From Mytilus trossulus (Eukaryota): a stretch of DNA of 64,000 nucleotides. Where the stretch lies: assembly GCF_036588685.1 (NCBI RefSeq), contig NC_086380.1, forward strand, positions 64,790,001-64,854,000, given 5' to 3'. This document shows, one piece after another, positions 41,501 to 53,301 of the stretch. The position numbers and the translations under genes were made by a program. The notes under the pieces are model-generated. The model had not been told where the DNA came from, searched no databases, and worked only from the letters and a program-made list of their open reading frames with translations. Each line of letters begins with the position of its first letter. Position 1 is the stretch's first letter.

Positions 41501-44500
41501 CTTCCAAATTTGATTATAAGTGGAATGCTATGAAATAATACCACATGAATGACAAGGTTCTATAATAGAAAAAGAAGGTTGGGGTTATGGCCCCTACAGT
41601 TTAAAACTAAGGCAAAAAAAATCTTCTTATACTTTAGAAACAGCCAATTTCTTAACAAGTTTTAATCAGGTTTAATTTGAAGTCTTAAATTCTTGTTTTT
41701 TAATCTGCTAAATCTAAGATTTTAGATTAAAATTTAAATTTAGATATTGTCCTCATCTTGAATTTGTCCACAATCTTGACATGTTGCAAAATGATCCAAA
41801 ATTTAATTTTGTGATGTATGATTTCAACAAAAATTTAATTCTTGATGTATAATGTACAGAATATAAAGGATTATTTCAGTTATTGATCTTTTTGACATTG
41901 GTCCTGTTTTCAAATTGGTCCGTATTTCAAAGTTCTAACTTGGTTTAATTTCCATGAGGTACAAAATGGCAAACATATAGGTATGAAATAACGTACATGT
42001 TAATCTTCCATGAAATAAGAAATGGTATACAAGTTGATATGTCATAAGGTATGTATTGGTCTAGGAACAATTTTTACCAAAAAAAAGAAAATGTAACCTA
42101 ACAACGTTTCAACCTTTATTTTGACCTCCCCACTTTTTTAGCTTTGGTCAGGAAACTTTATTTACTGCATCAGCTTACACTAAAAAAAATATTTCATATC
42201 AGTCATGCGTGTTTGCTTGTACATATAATATAATAAAAAAAAAAATATGGAATAATTGTCAATAAGACAAGTCTCCACCAGATACCAAATGATATGGTAG
42301 TGAAGCTAGTGGCTACAATGCAGTCTTCAACAATGAGGTAGACTATACCCCATAGTCAGCTATAAAAGGTTTTAATATAAAGATTTAAAACAATTAAAAC
42401 AATTAAACTCATGTCTGGTGTATATTATTTAAGGAATGACTGTAATATTTTTTCTGTATATGAAGAAATAACATTAAAAATTTGGTGCACACTGAATAAC
42501 ATGTGTAGTTGGTTATTTAACAGTGTGCACCGCATTTTTAGCTGACCTGGCCTAAAATGAAAGTGGGAGTTCCAGGTGAAAGTTTTTGGTCAAGGTAGTT
42601 TTTGATGAAGCTGAAGTCCAATCAACTTGAGACTTAGTACACCTGTTGCATATGATATGATCTTTCTAATTGCAAAGCCAAAGTAGACTTTTGACCCCAA
42701 TTTCACAGTCCATTGAACATTGAAAATGAAAGTAGGAGTTTCAGGTTAAATTTTTTGGTCAAGGTAGTTTTTGATGAAATTGAAGTCATATCATCTTGAA
42801 ACTTAGTATACATGAGTTGCTGCCTCTAAATTGGTAATTTTAAGGAAATTTTACTGTTTTTGGTTATTATCTTGAATATTATTATAGATGGAGATAAACT
42901 GTAAACAGCAATAATGTTCAGCAAAGTAAGATTTACAAATAAGTCAACATGACCAAAATGTTCAGTTGACCCCTTTATGAGTTATTGCCCTTTATAGTCA
43001 ATTTTTAACCATTTTTCGTAAATCTCTTACAAAAATTTTCTCCTCTGAAACTACCTGTTCAAATTATCCAAACTTGGCCACAATCATCTTTGCTGTATGA
43101 AGTTTAAATAATGTGTCCGGTGACCCAGCATCAAACCAAGATGGCCGCCACGGCTAAAAATAGAACATGGAGGTTAAATGCAGTTTTTGGTTATTACTCA
43201 AAAACCAAAGCATTAAGAGCAAATCTGACAAGGGGTAAAATTGTTTATCTGGTCAAGATCTATCTGCCCTGAAATTTTAAGATGAATGGGACAACCCGTT
43301 GTTGGATTGCTGCCCCTGAATTGGTAGTTTTAAGGACATTTTGCTGTTTTTGGATATTATCTTGAATATTATTATGGATAGAGATAAACTGTAAACGGCA
43401 AAAATGGTCAGCAAAGTAAGATGTACAAATAACTTAACAGGGCCAAAATGGTCAATTGACCCCTTTAGAAGTTATTGCCCTTTATAGTCAATTTTTAACC
43501 ATTTTTTGTAAATCTTAGTTGACTTTTACAAAAATCTTCTCCTCTGAAACTACCAGGCCAAATTTAACCAAACATAGCCAGAATCATTATTAGGCTATTT
43601 AGTCTAAAAATTGTGTTTTGTGACTGGGCAAACCAACCAAGATGGCCACTACGGCTAAAAATATAACATAGGGGTAAAATGCAGTTTTTGGTTTATAACT
43701 CAAAAACCAAAGCATTTAGAGCAAATCTGATAAGGGGTAAAATTGTTTATCTGGTCAAGATCTATCTGCCCTGAAATTTTTAGATGAATCGGACAACTCG
43801 TTGTAAGGGTGCTGCCCCTAAAATGGTAATTTTAAGGAAATTTTGCTGTTTTTGGTTATTATCTTGAATATTATTATAGATAGAGATAAACTGTAAACAG
43901 CAATAATGTACAGCATTTTAAGACTAAAAAATAAGTCAAAATGACCAAAATGGACAATTGACCCCCTAAGAAGTTATTGTCCTTTATAATAATTTTTTTT
44001 ACAATTTTCATAAAATTTGTAAATTTTTACTAACATTTCCACTGAAACTACAGGACAAGTTCATTATAGATAGAGATAATTGTAAGCAGCAAGACTGTTC
44101 AGTAAAGTAAGATGTACAAACACATCACAATCACCTAAACACAATTTTGTCATGAACTGCCTGCTTCCTTTGTTAAATTCACATGTCCCAAGGTGAGCGA
44201 CACAGGCTCTTTAGAGCCTCTAGTTTATGTTATTTCGAATAGACAGAAAAATTATTACAGTCATTTCTTAGGATTTAATTCTAAATTCCATTTTAAACCG
44301 TAGAAAAACATGAAAAAACGTTGATGACATCATGGTCACATGACTTAATTATGTGTATGGCATGTATGGGCTCATAACAAAATAACGTCAGCCAATCAGA
44401 AGAAGCGTTACATTCAAAATTAAATTATATAAATATGTTTTGTTTTTTACAGATCTAGACTCACAGTTATCTTTTTTGTCGACAACAACGTTAACTGAGC

Positions 44501-47500
44501 TTTCACAGCAGTCGACATCAGATTGGGAGGCTGATAATGCTTCTGGAAGAGACAAATTCAACAGGGCCATGAATATTCTCGGCAATGGAAAGTTTCCAAC
44601 TTTAAAACACCAATTAAAGCTTCCTTGGGATGATGTCTCAAAAAGTACAAAGGCAATGTATTTGAAGTTTACCTCTGATGTTGTTAATTTGATCATTCAA
44701 TATATTGCACCTGGGCAAGAAAACAAAATTATGGCAGACTTAAGTGAGAAATATATGTATCTCAATGATGACAATCAGACAACACATGATGATATGACCA
44801 AAGCACTCATACAAGCATATTTGGACCAAAATAACAGTCAAACTCAAATTCAAATTCTTTCCTTGTTTGTTCAAAAATTTACCAAACAGAAGCTAATTGA
44901 ATTAATTCCAGGACTTACTATGTCAAAAATTGACAGAGCTAGGAAACATGCTAATTTGGAAAAACCTGGACAAATGATAAATTCTCCTAGGATATACAGA
45001 ATGCGATTAAGTCATCCTCAACTCATGCATTTCATTGAGTTTATTTCTAGCCCATCTTACCATCAAGCAGTTGGATATGGATCAAAAACTCTTCAGCTTT
45101 CATCTGGTGTTGAAATGAAAATTCCGAAGGTAGTTCGAAGCATTATTTCATCAAGACTCATAAAGGCATACATGGCTTACTGTAAAGACCAAGATTATGA
45201 TACATTTTCAAGATCAACATTATATAACATTCTTAATGTCTGTATTGCATCTCAGAAAAAAAATCTACATGGCTTAGACAACACCACAGCTGATGGTATG
45301 AAAGCAATGGACACATTGACTGATATCATCAAGAAATTACAGTTGTTTGGACTAGAAGAGGAAAAAGTGGAAAAACTTAAAAATATCTTTGCATGTGCCA
45401 ACCAACATTTAAAATTTGAAATAAAGGGTCATCTAGCCACATCTTCAACTTGTTTAGATCACTGTACCACATTTAGCCTCAGTGACTCAAAATCCACTCA
45501 ATTTCGTTCAACTTGTGCTCATGAACATTCAGAAGGTTGTACCAAGTGCAGTATTATAGATAAGTCACTACTAGAATTATCAGATACATTCCAAAACATG
45601 AATTCCATCCCGGCAGAAATAGTAGATGAAATAGATCATGACTTATCACGAGCACAAGAGCAGATATTGACATGGAAGGCACATTGTGTCAGAACAGTTC
45701 ACCAAGATCAAGCTAAACAAACAGTGCTTAGTCATTTAAAACCTCATCAGGCCCTTATAGTAATGGACTGGGCTATGAAGTTTTTACCTGTGAGACACAG
45801 AGAAGCCCAAAGTGACTTTTTTGGTAAAAAGGGAGTAAGCTGGCATGTTTCGTCGGTTGTCACACTTGATATTGAGGCTGAACCTGAATTTAAGACGAAC
45901 TTTAATGTACACACTCTTGTGCACATTCTTGAGTTGGGCAATCAAGGATGGTTTTCTGTAGCTCACATAATAACTGACCTGCTACAGAAATTACCACTTA
46001 TATTACCTTTGGTAACTGAAATCTTTCTAAAGAGCGACAACGCTGGATGTTACCATTGTGTGCCATTGATTTCTTACATCCAAAATATCAATGTAAATGG
46101 AGGCTTGCCAGTTAAAATTCTGCAATACAACTTTAGTGAAGCACAGTCTGGCAAAGATATATGTGATGCCAAAACATCTCACTGCAAGATGCATATATTG
46201 AGGTATGTTTGTAATATCTTGTTAAAATATCTTCTATAATCATGATAATCATGGCAATACTGTAATTTGATGACATTTTTAAAACAATTTTGTAATCATA
46301 TGATTATGAATACTGCAATTGTTTTAGAAAACATGGAAAAAAGACTTCCCATTTTAAATATAATGATTAAATGACTTAAGACAATCCTGTCAAAATCATG
46401 AAATAATCATTCATTAGAGATATAAGAAGATGTGGTATGAGTGCCAATGAGATAAATCTCCAGCCAAGTCACAATTAGTAAAAGTAAACATTAGTCATAT
46501 GTCATAGTACGGTCTTAAACACAGAGCCTTGGCTCACACCAAACAGCAAGCTATAACAATGTATAAAGGGCCTTAAAAATTACTAGTTTAAAACCATTCA
46601 AACTGGGAAACCAACAATTTAATCTAGTATATAATTAGAAACAAGAAGCACTTATGAACTACATCAACACATGACAACTGCTGATTCAGAATATATATAC
46701 ATGTACATGTATATGCACTATTTTTGTTATATGAAGTTACCGTACTCGCTTAAATCATTTGCTAATCTCTGGAAAAAACATTAGTTATATAATCAGGTTA
46801 ATATTTATAACACTCTTACATGTATTAGGAGATATATATTCCAATTTTTCAATACACATTTGTTAAAGGTCCTATTAATATTTTACAGTTCTGCCAACAT
46901 GACCAAGGACCATAGGACAAACTTCTTTTTATTTTCCTCACCAACAAAGTTCTGGCTCACTAAAAAAAAGCCTTGCTCATACAATGAATGCATTTTTGTT
47001 TTGTTTTTTAGGTACTCTGGTGAGGGACATGATGTTTTGTCTGCAGAAGATATGTCAACTGCCTTAAACTCAAACGGAGGTGTTATAGGGGTTTTCAATG
47101 CTGTGGTTGCAATTGATCAGAATCATCAGACCAAGACAAAAACCAAAATACCCAACATTAGTGCAATGAACAATTTTGAGTTCGACAGTGAAGGTGTTAA
47201 AGTGAGGCGTGCCTATGGAATAGGAAATGGCAATTTCATACCAAACCTTCAGTTTAAGGACAACAAACTCATGGAAGGTTTTCAGGTAAACTTAGTGAAT
47301 TTATGAAGAAACATGTGATAAATGTCCATGATATAAGTACCAAGTACATTTTTAAATTGAAAAATCGATCTGATAACTTTAGAAATAAGAGGATTGAGTT
47401 ATATTATACAACACTCAACCAGATACCAAGTTATTTAAAAGTTAGTAACTACATCATATAGCTCATCATACAATCTTCAACAATGAGTAAAGACCATACA

Positions 47501-49406
47501 ACATTAGTGAGAAATAAAATCTCAAATTGACAAATCTAAAATTAGCAGCCTTATGTATGTATAAAACTAAAGATGAAAATCAAATTTTATTTATACAAAA
47601 AAGGCACACATGGAATGTGGCAGTGGCTAGACCAGTTAATAAAAATAAACTATGCTAACAGAAAAGGAATATACTCATCTAATTGATCATGTTGATCCAA
47701 AGCAAATTTAAACCCTAGCAAAAAAACAAAAGTCACATGTTACAGATCTGATAGTTCTCTGAGTTAATATAAGTTAATTTTTGAACTATTACACAAACAA
47801 TGTGTTTAATCATGTTAATACTACGTACAAAAATATTCATCATATAAATGATATGAATACAAAAAAGATAGATGTTTATGCGCCTGTCGTAGAGGAGGGG
47901 TCATTACTTTTCAGCAATGTCTGTCTATACCTTCATAGACCTGTAGGCCAAAAATGTCATTTTCTGTTCTCTAACTTGAGTTAACCTAATGTTTTGAAGC
48001 TTATATACAATGTTTATTACAACAAAACGCAGATCAAGTATAAATTTTGGTGACATCACTTTCAACATTCTAGAGTAACGCACCTTTACAAAAGTAAAAT
48101 TTGCTGAGTTTACATTTCTGTTCTCTAACTTAATTAGATATAGGAAGATGTGGTGTGAGTGCCAATGAGACCACTCTCCATCCAAATAACAATTTAAAAA
48201 TTAAACCATTATAGGTTTAAGTACGGCCTTCAACACGGAGCCTTGGCTCACACCGAACAACAAGCTATAATTTGCCCCAAAATTACTAGTGTAAAACCAT
48301 TCAAACAGGAAAACCAAACCAAATGTTTTGAAACTTATGCTCGTAGCTTATAAGTACCAATTTGGATAGGCACTGTTTCTCTTCTTCGTTTATCATTTTT
48401 ATGTCCCATTGTGAACACACATGTGGAATATATATTGCTGCAGAATAATAAAATTGAGAATGGAAATGGGGAATGTGTCAAAGAGACAACAACCCGACCA
48501 AATAAAAAAAACAACAGCAGAAGGTCACCAACAGGTCTTCAATGTAGCGAGAAATTCCCGCACCCGGAGGCTTCCTTCAGCTGGCCCCTCAACAAATATA
48601 TACTAGTTCAGTGGTAATATAGTTTTTTCATAATTTACCTTTTTTTGTAGGTAATTATTCCATTTTCAAATTTTGTTGCGGACCATCATGGGAGAGTTGT
48701 ACTTGCAAGGAATAATATTGATGTTGAACATGAAAATATGGGCAATGATAATGACACTGAAAATAATGGTAATGAGAATGTCACTGAAACTGTGGAGAAT
48801 GAGATGGAAGAAGATGTGAGTAATGATGGTTTATTTGCGTGTCCAGATCAAAGTTGCACCAAGGTGTTTACAAAACCTCATTTCCTAGAAGCACATATAG
48901 TAATTGGAAATCATGTGTATTCAACTAGTGAGAATAGTTACGATTCTGTCAAATTGATTTGGGCACAACAATGTGAGGCAGTTGACAGAGAACACAAAGT
49001 TCTCATACAATCGGTTTCTTCAATCAATATGAATGTCAATGAAGGATGGGCTCTGAAACTGAACAAACCTTTTAAAAGATTCACCAAAAAGGTAAAAGAC
49101 TTTCTCTTTGATATATATGTAAAGTGTGAAAGTTCAGGGAGAAGACCAAATTTTGATACATTAGCAACTGAACTCAAGACAACAAGACATGAGAATGATG
49201 GCACCAAAATGTTCACACGGGAAGAATGGCTATCATCATCACAAATACGCAGTCTTTTTGCTAATTTTGTCAGGCTTGGTGCTGAAACTTCTTTAAAATC
49301 AGAAGATACTGCTGTGATAGAAAATGTTTTAGAGGAAATCGATTCACTTGAATATCACAACAATATGACAGAATTGGCAACCGATGTTGTGCAGCAGTTT
49401 CTGTAG
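38504..49406 (+). CDS. Sola3-like DDD transposase, 6 exons: join(38504..38936,39747..39833,40891..40956,44453..46202,47012..47285,48651..49406), 3366 nt, ~1121 aa
   Basis: All introns are GT-AG with compatible phases (1,1,1,2,0) and the joined frame has no stop. Junctions rebuild plausible motifs (IIPVGT|GLCKQC, HILR|YSGEGHDV). Candidate catalytic Asp in VMDWAMKF (45766-68), KSDNAGCYH (46036-38) and FSEAQSGKDICD (46165-67). Cys/His clusters at the N-terminus and at CLDHC...CAHEH...CTKC. C-terminal C2H2 finger CPDQSCTKVFTKPHFLEAHIVIGNH. Short exon 3 is the least certain. Confidence 0.85.
41023..41182. mobile_element. Short GC-rich MITE with near-perfect 5-bp TSD, in transposase intron 3
   Basis: CAGAGGTAGAT...ATCCGCCGCTG flanked by AAGTG / TAGTG. 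Confidence 0.6.
42428..44430. repeat. Palindromic (foldback) repeat interrupted by the HINE
   Basis: Left arm AAGGAATGACTGTAATATTTTTTCTGT...AAATAACAT...GGTGCACACTG pairs with CAGTGTGCACC (42521-31) and, after the insertion, ATGTTATTTC...ACAGAAAAATTATTACAGTCATTTCTT (44227-44268). The right boundary is approximate. Confidence 0.65.
42540..44224 (+). mobile_element. Non-autonomous Helentron-type element (HINE/DINE-1-like) with internal tandem repeats, inside transposase intron 3
   Basis: Sub-terminal inverted pair GCTGACCT (42541-48) / AGGTGAGC (44191-98). 3' hairpin AGGCTCT-tt-AGAGCCT (44204-19). T-rich flanks. ~490-500-bp unit repeated ~2.5x (starts near 42819, 43309, 43811). It splits a palindromic host repeat. 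Confidence 0.75.
48448..48617 (+). repeat. Family B repeat, truncated copy in transposase intron 5
   Basis: Nearly identical to 12341-12505. Confidence 0.8.
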
Positions 49407-51743
49407 ATGTTCATGTGTGCATGTTCATAATGCTCTATTTGGTGTATTGTATTTTGTTGAATAACTATGTAATATTTCATTTCAAAGATACATGTACTGA
49501 TATTGCAACTGTTTGCCTGTTCTGACATACGATTTGGTATGCTTGATTTCATAAAAAAAAGACATTCCTTTTAACAAATTTCAAAATGACTGCCTTAATA
49601 TGTAAGTCATGTAAGTGGTACATTTATGTGGAGAAAAATGTTTTGCTCTTGATGTTCTCCAAGATTTTTTTTTAAAAAGTGATATGAAATATCCATTTTA
49701 CTATCATAACTTTTGAAGCAATGCATGCAGATATATACTGAACTAAGTTCTTTTTCCATGTTTTTCTTTATGTTGATTACGAATAAATTTAACAGATAAA
49801 TTGACAAATGTGAATAGATAAAGCCACAATCATTTTTTTTCTTTTAATTTTCCATGGATTCCAAGTTATGAATTAAAGTTTTCCCTCACAGTTGTTGAAT
49901 AATTTAAATGTTTTGAATTGTGCTTTTAAGAACAAGTAATTACTTTTTAACCTTCCTCATTATGCACATTTGTTTACATCATGTTTTTCCCCTTGCACTT
50001 TCACTGTGTAGGCGACAAAGGTCTAACAAGAGGTCATTGTTAAGGTCAATGCATATAGAAAGACAATATTTTAATAGAAGTTCAACTATGAAGATTTTAA
50101 TTGATATTATAAAGAATGTTCTTTTACTAGAATGTAAACCTACTCTTGATGTTATTGTATAGTAAAAATTAACCATTGAAGCATAAAAAACATTTTTTTT
50201 TTTATTTTGAAGTACAGTTATCATAACAATTTAAACTTTTCATTCAAAATTCTTTATAAATTTTGCACCAGTATTGTAGACTTAGAAATTTGTTAATGTA
50301 TGATTTTAATAGGAGAATGTTTTGTATATGTCATGAAATAAAAAGGCATTGAGTTAGGGTATTTTACTTATTTGAGCCATGGCTGCTTTAAAATAGAGTA
50401 TAAGGATGATTTTCAGTGAAAAGAAAATATAGGATAAGAATTATAATAAGGTGTTATAAAGCATGTTTTATGTGATGGAAATATGCAGTGTCTGTGAATA
50501 TAAATGTTGTATGCAATATGTGTAATGTTACAACATATAAAGTGTTTTACTTGTCTTTTATGTATTTTTTGGGGATGTTTTCAAACATACATTTTCATCC
50601 TAAGTGTGTATTGACATCATTGCCAAGAAACATTGTTAGCTTACTAAGTGTCTGTCAAAATTATCTCTCTATTATAATGTTGCTGTTGTTAGTCTTTTTT
50701 TATCATTATCTTGATAACAAAAGAAGAAGCGTTCTTCATATATATTTAAATATAAACTATCAACATAACATGGTATAAACACATCAATAAATTTTTGAAA
50801 AATTGGTAATTTTATCTTCCATTAATTGTCCCTGATATGATTGAATCTACCATTGCTTTTGAACAACTATATCAATATATACTAGAATAAATTGCATTAA
50901 TGGTTAGTAGGAACTGTTCTTTTACAGTCTGAACTTTTACTTAATTGTTTAAATATTAAATCTCTTTTAAAGTTGTTGCTCTGAAAATGTGTGTTTTTAT
51001 CTGCTTTTAGTGCATAATTTGTTAATTAAAGGTATTCTGCTCCTATGAGCCTCTTCATTTATGATGAATTATATTGTTCTTTTGTTTGATTATTTGCTTA
51101 AAGCATTAAATTAAACATGAATTATTCTTTTCAATTTGTTGTTATACTTATTTATAAGTCCAGCTCCAATATTATGTCAGTAGTTACAAACTAGATGGCA
51201 AAATTGAGAAAATTTGAATATGCAGGTTACCCCATTTTGATTTGGCATATACCAGATACCAACATTATTTGCCGAGCTTAATATTTTTTTTGATTGGGTA
51301 TATATAGTTATACTTTGCAAGCAAATATGTTGTTTTACAATAATAAACGGGTCTTGGAGTATTTTGGCTCTGAAAGATGACCAAAATCAGCCATTTTGGA
51401 CATGAGGCTAAACGAGACATATTGAAACGGATAGATTATACATACACGTAATAGACAGCATTGTTATTTTTATGCATTCTTACACCTAATGTGATGTTTT
51501 ACTAGGAACAACTATCAAAAAATAATTATTGTTGCTATTTTTTTTTATTTTACCTGCAAAATATGCCAAAAAAGGCTTATTTTTGCTGTTTTCGAGCAAT
51601 TTCATCTATTTAAAGATGGTGGTCCAAAAAATTCAGATCGGTTCAAAATTTTCCAAAAAAAATTTGTGAGGTTATTTACATTACTAAGGTGCACCAATGT
51701 GCCAAATATGAACTCATTTGGCAAAATTGGCATTCGGACGGTT

Positions 51744-51770
51744 TTGCATGGTTTTCTGGCAGATTGGCTC
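51744..51770 (-). repeat. Right terminal inverted repeat of the Sola3-like element
   Basis: TTGCATGGTTTTCTGGCAGATTGGCTC immediately before TTAA; 1 mismatch to the left TIR. Confidence 0.92.
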
Positions 51771-52863
51771 TTAAGTTAACAAAAAATAAAAATAAATCAA
51801 AGAACAATTAGCATTTTTTTTTATTTATTTAGAGGAAAATGTCAACAATGTCAATACACTTGATATTTGTATTGATATTTATTGATTACGGACATACTGG
51901 TAATAAGTTATTTTCTATCAGTCTTTAATTGTAAAAAAAAACATTACAGAAACAAAAACCAAACGCGTGAAATTTATCTAAATATACTGAATATTGCTCC
52001 TAGAACTAAACATGGTAACATGAATTCGCGTACGTAACAGATAAAACAATTACAAAGAATATAAGAAGGCTCAAAATATCTACAGTAGAAACCCATCTAT
52101 ATATCTGTGACACGCCAATATATATCGTACAATTTTCAAAATAACGCACACCTGCCCTACACATTTTCTTTTTCTAAAACCAATAAAATCATTTTCATTT
52201 GCAATAGTGAACACAAGCTTTAACTTTTTTTAAGTCAGTAAGACACCTCCATATCAAAATCAACAAAACATTTAAGAAATCAAAATAAGTAATATGTGTA
52301 TTTATTTTCAAGCTGTTTTGTAGACTTATAAAATGAAATGATAAAAAGTAAAGTTCATCCGTTATCAAAGGAACGTTTTTCAAAAAGTAGATAAAAGAAA
52401 GACTATAAACTATCATGAATGGAAACGAATAAGGCCAACTGGTTTGAAAACATGAAGATTCTTTTTGTATTTTAATGGTTTATTATAGAATTAAACACAT
52501 TCTTTTCTAAAGGTTATTCATGTGTAAACCGGTGCGATTAACTCCCAAACAAAAGTCCAAAGGAAAAATGTGTTTAATCCTTATAATTCTTCAACAAAAC
52601 ATCTGCGATTTTTAGTTCACATATACAGCATTTGTTTATGTAGATAATGGTGAACTTGTTTAATAGCTAACTAAACATCTTCCTTGTATGACAACCGCAT
52701 CCAATTCCTTTATATTGACAACGAGATGTGAAGAAAAAAAAACACATACTAGGTCAATTTTCAAAATAGGGGTACAACAGACAACATTGTGTTATAATCC
52801 TAATCACTGCAAAAAATACAAATGTGTAACTCAGGTGTACAAAAAGGCATATATAATATACAA

Positions 52864-53138
52864 ATAGAAATAGGAAGATGTGGTGTGAGTGCCAATGAGA
52901 CAACTCTCCATCCAAGTAACAATTTAAAATCATTATAGGTTAAAGTACGGCCTTCAACACGGAGCCTTGGCTCACACCGAACAAGAAGCTATAAAGGGCA
53001 CCAAAATTACTAGTGTAAAACCATTCAAACGCGAAAACCAACGGTCTTATCTATATAAACAAAACGAGAAACGAGAAACACGTATATATTACATAAACAA
53101 ACGACAAATACTGTACATCAGATTCCTGACTTAGGACA
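52864..53138 (+). repeat. Family A2 repeat (ATAGGAAGATGTGGTGTGAGTGCCAATGAGACAACTCTCCATCC...CCTTGGCTCACACCGAAC)
   Basis: Copies also at 39400-39629, 46417-46684 and 48136-48316 (all in transposase introns) and ~34270-34503(-). Confidence 0.8.
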
Positions 53139-53301
53139 GCACATTATCAAAAATGAAAGACAGGAATACAAAAAATTGATAGCACATTTACACAATGATG
53201 GGATGTATAATTGTTTGCATTGTACGCTCTTAGTAAGTATTTATATATGCACTTTCGAATACATGATTAACAAAAGATAGATACTGTTAAAGCTTTATAT
53301 T

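Larger units (their letters stand above)
37727..51770 (+). mobile_element. Full-length cut-and-paste DNA transposon, Sola3-like (14,044 bp), TTAA target-site duplication
   Basis: TTAA at 37723-37726 and 51771-51774. TIRs GAGCCAATCCGCCAGAAAACCATGCAA (37727-37753) and the reverse complement of 51744-51770 match 26/27. GAG...CTC termini. Encloses a spliced transposase gene. TTAA plus GAG/CTC plus a ~1.1-kaa transposase fits the Sola3 description as I recall it. Confidence 0.88.

Noticed and set aside
44440-46239. Stand-alone 599-aa gene as given by the ORF track
   Set aside because: It begins at a TTG inside a polypyrimidine acceptor and runs past a donor at 46203; it is internal exon 4.
48411-48617. 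Short ORFs before exon 6
   Set aside because: Derived from the family B repeat, near-identical to 12341-12505.
37727-51770. piggyBac or Kolobok assignment because of the TTAA TSD
   Set aside because: Ends are GAG...CTC rather than piggyBac CC(C/T)...GG. The protein has DWAMK/SDNAGCYH/GKDICD motifs, not piggyBac or Kolobok motifs as I recall them, and no Kolobok-type second gene is evident.
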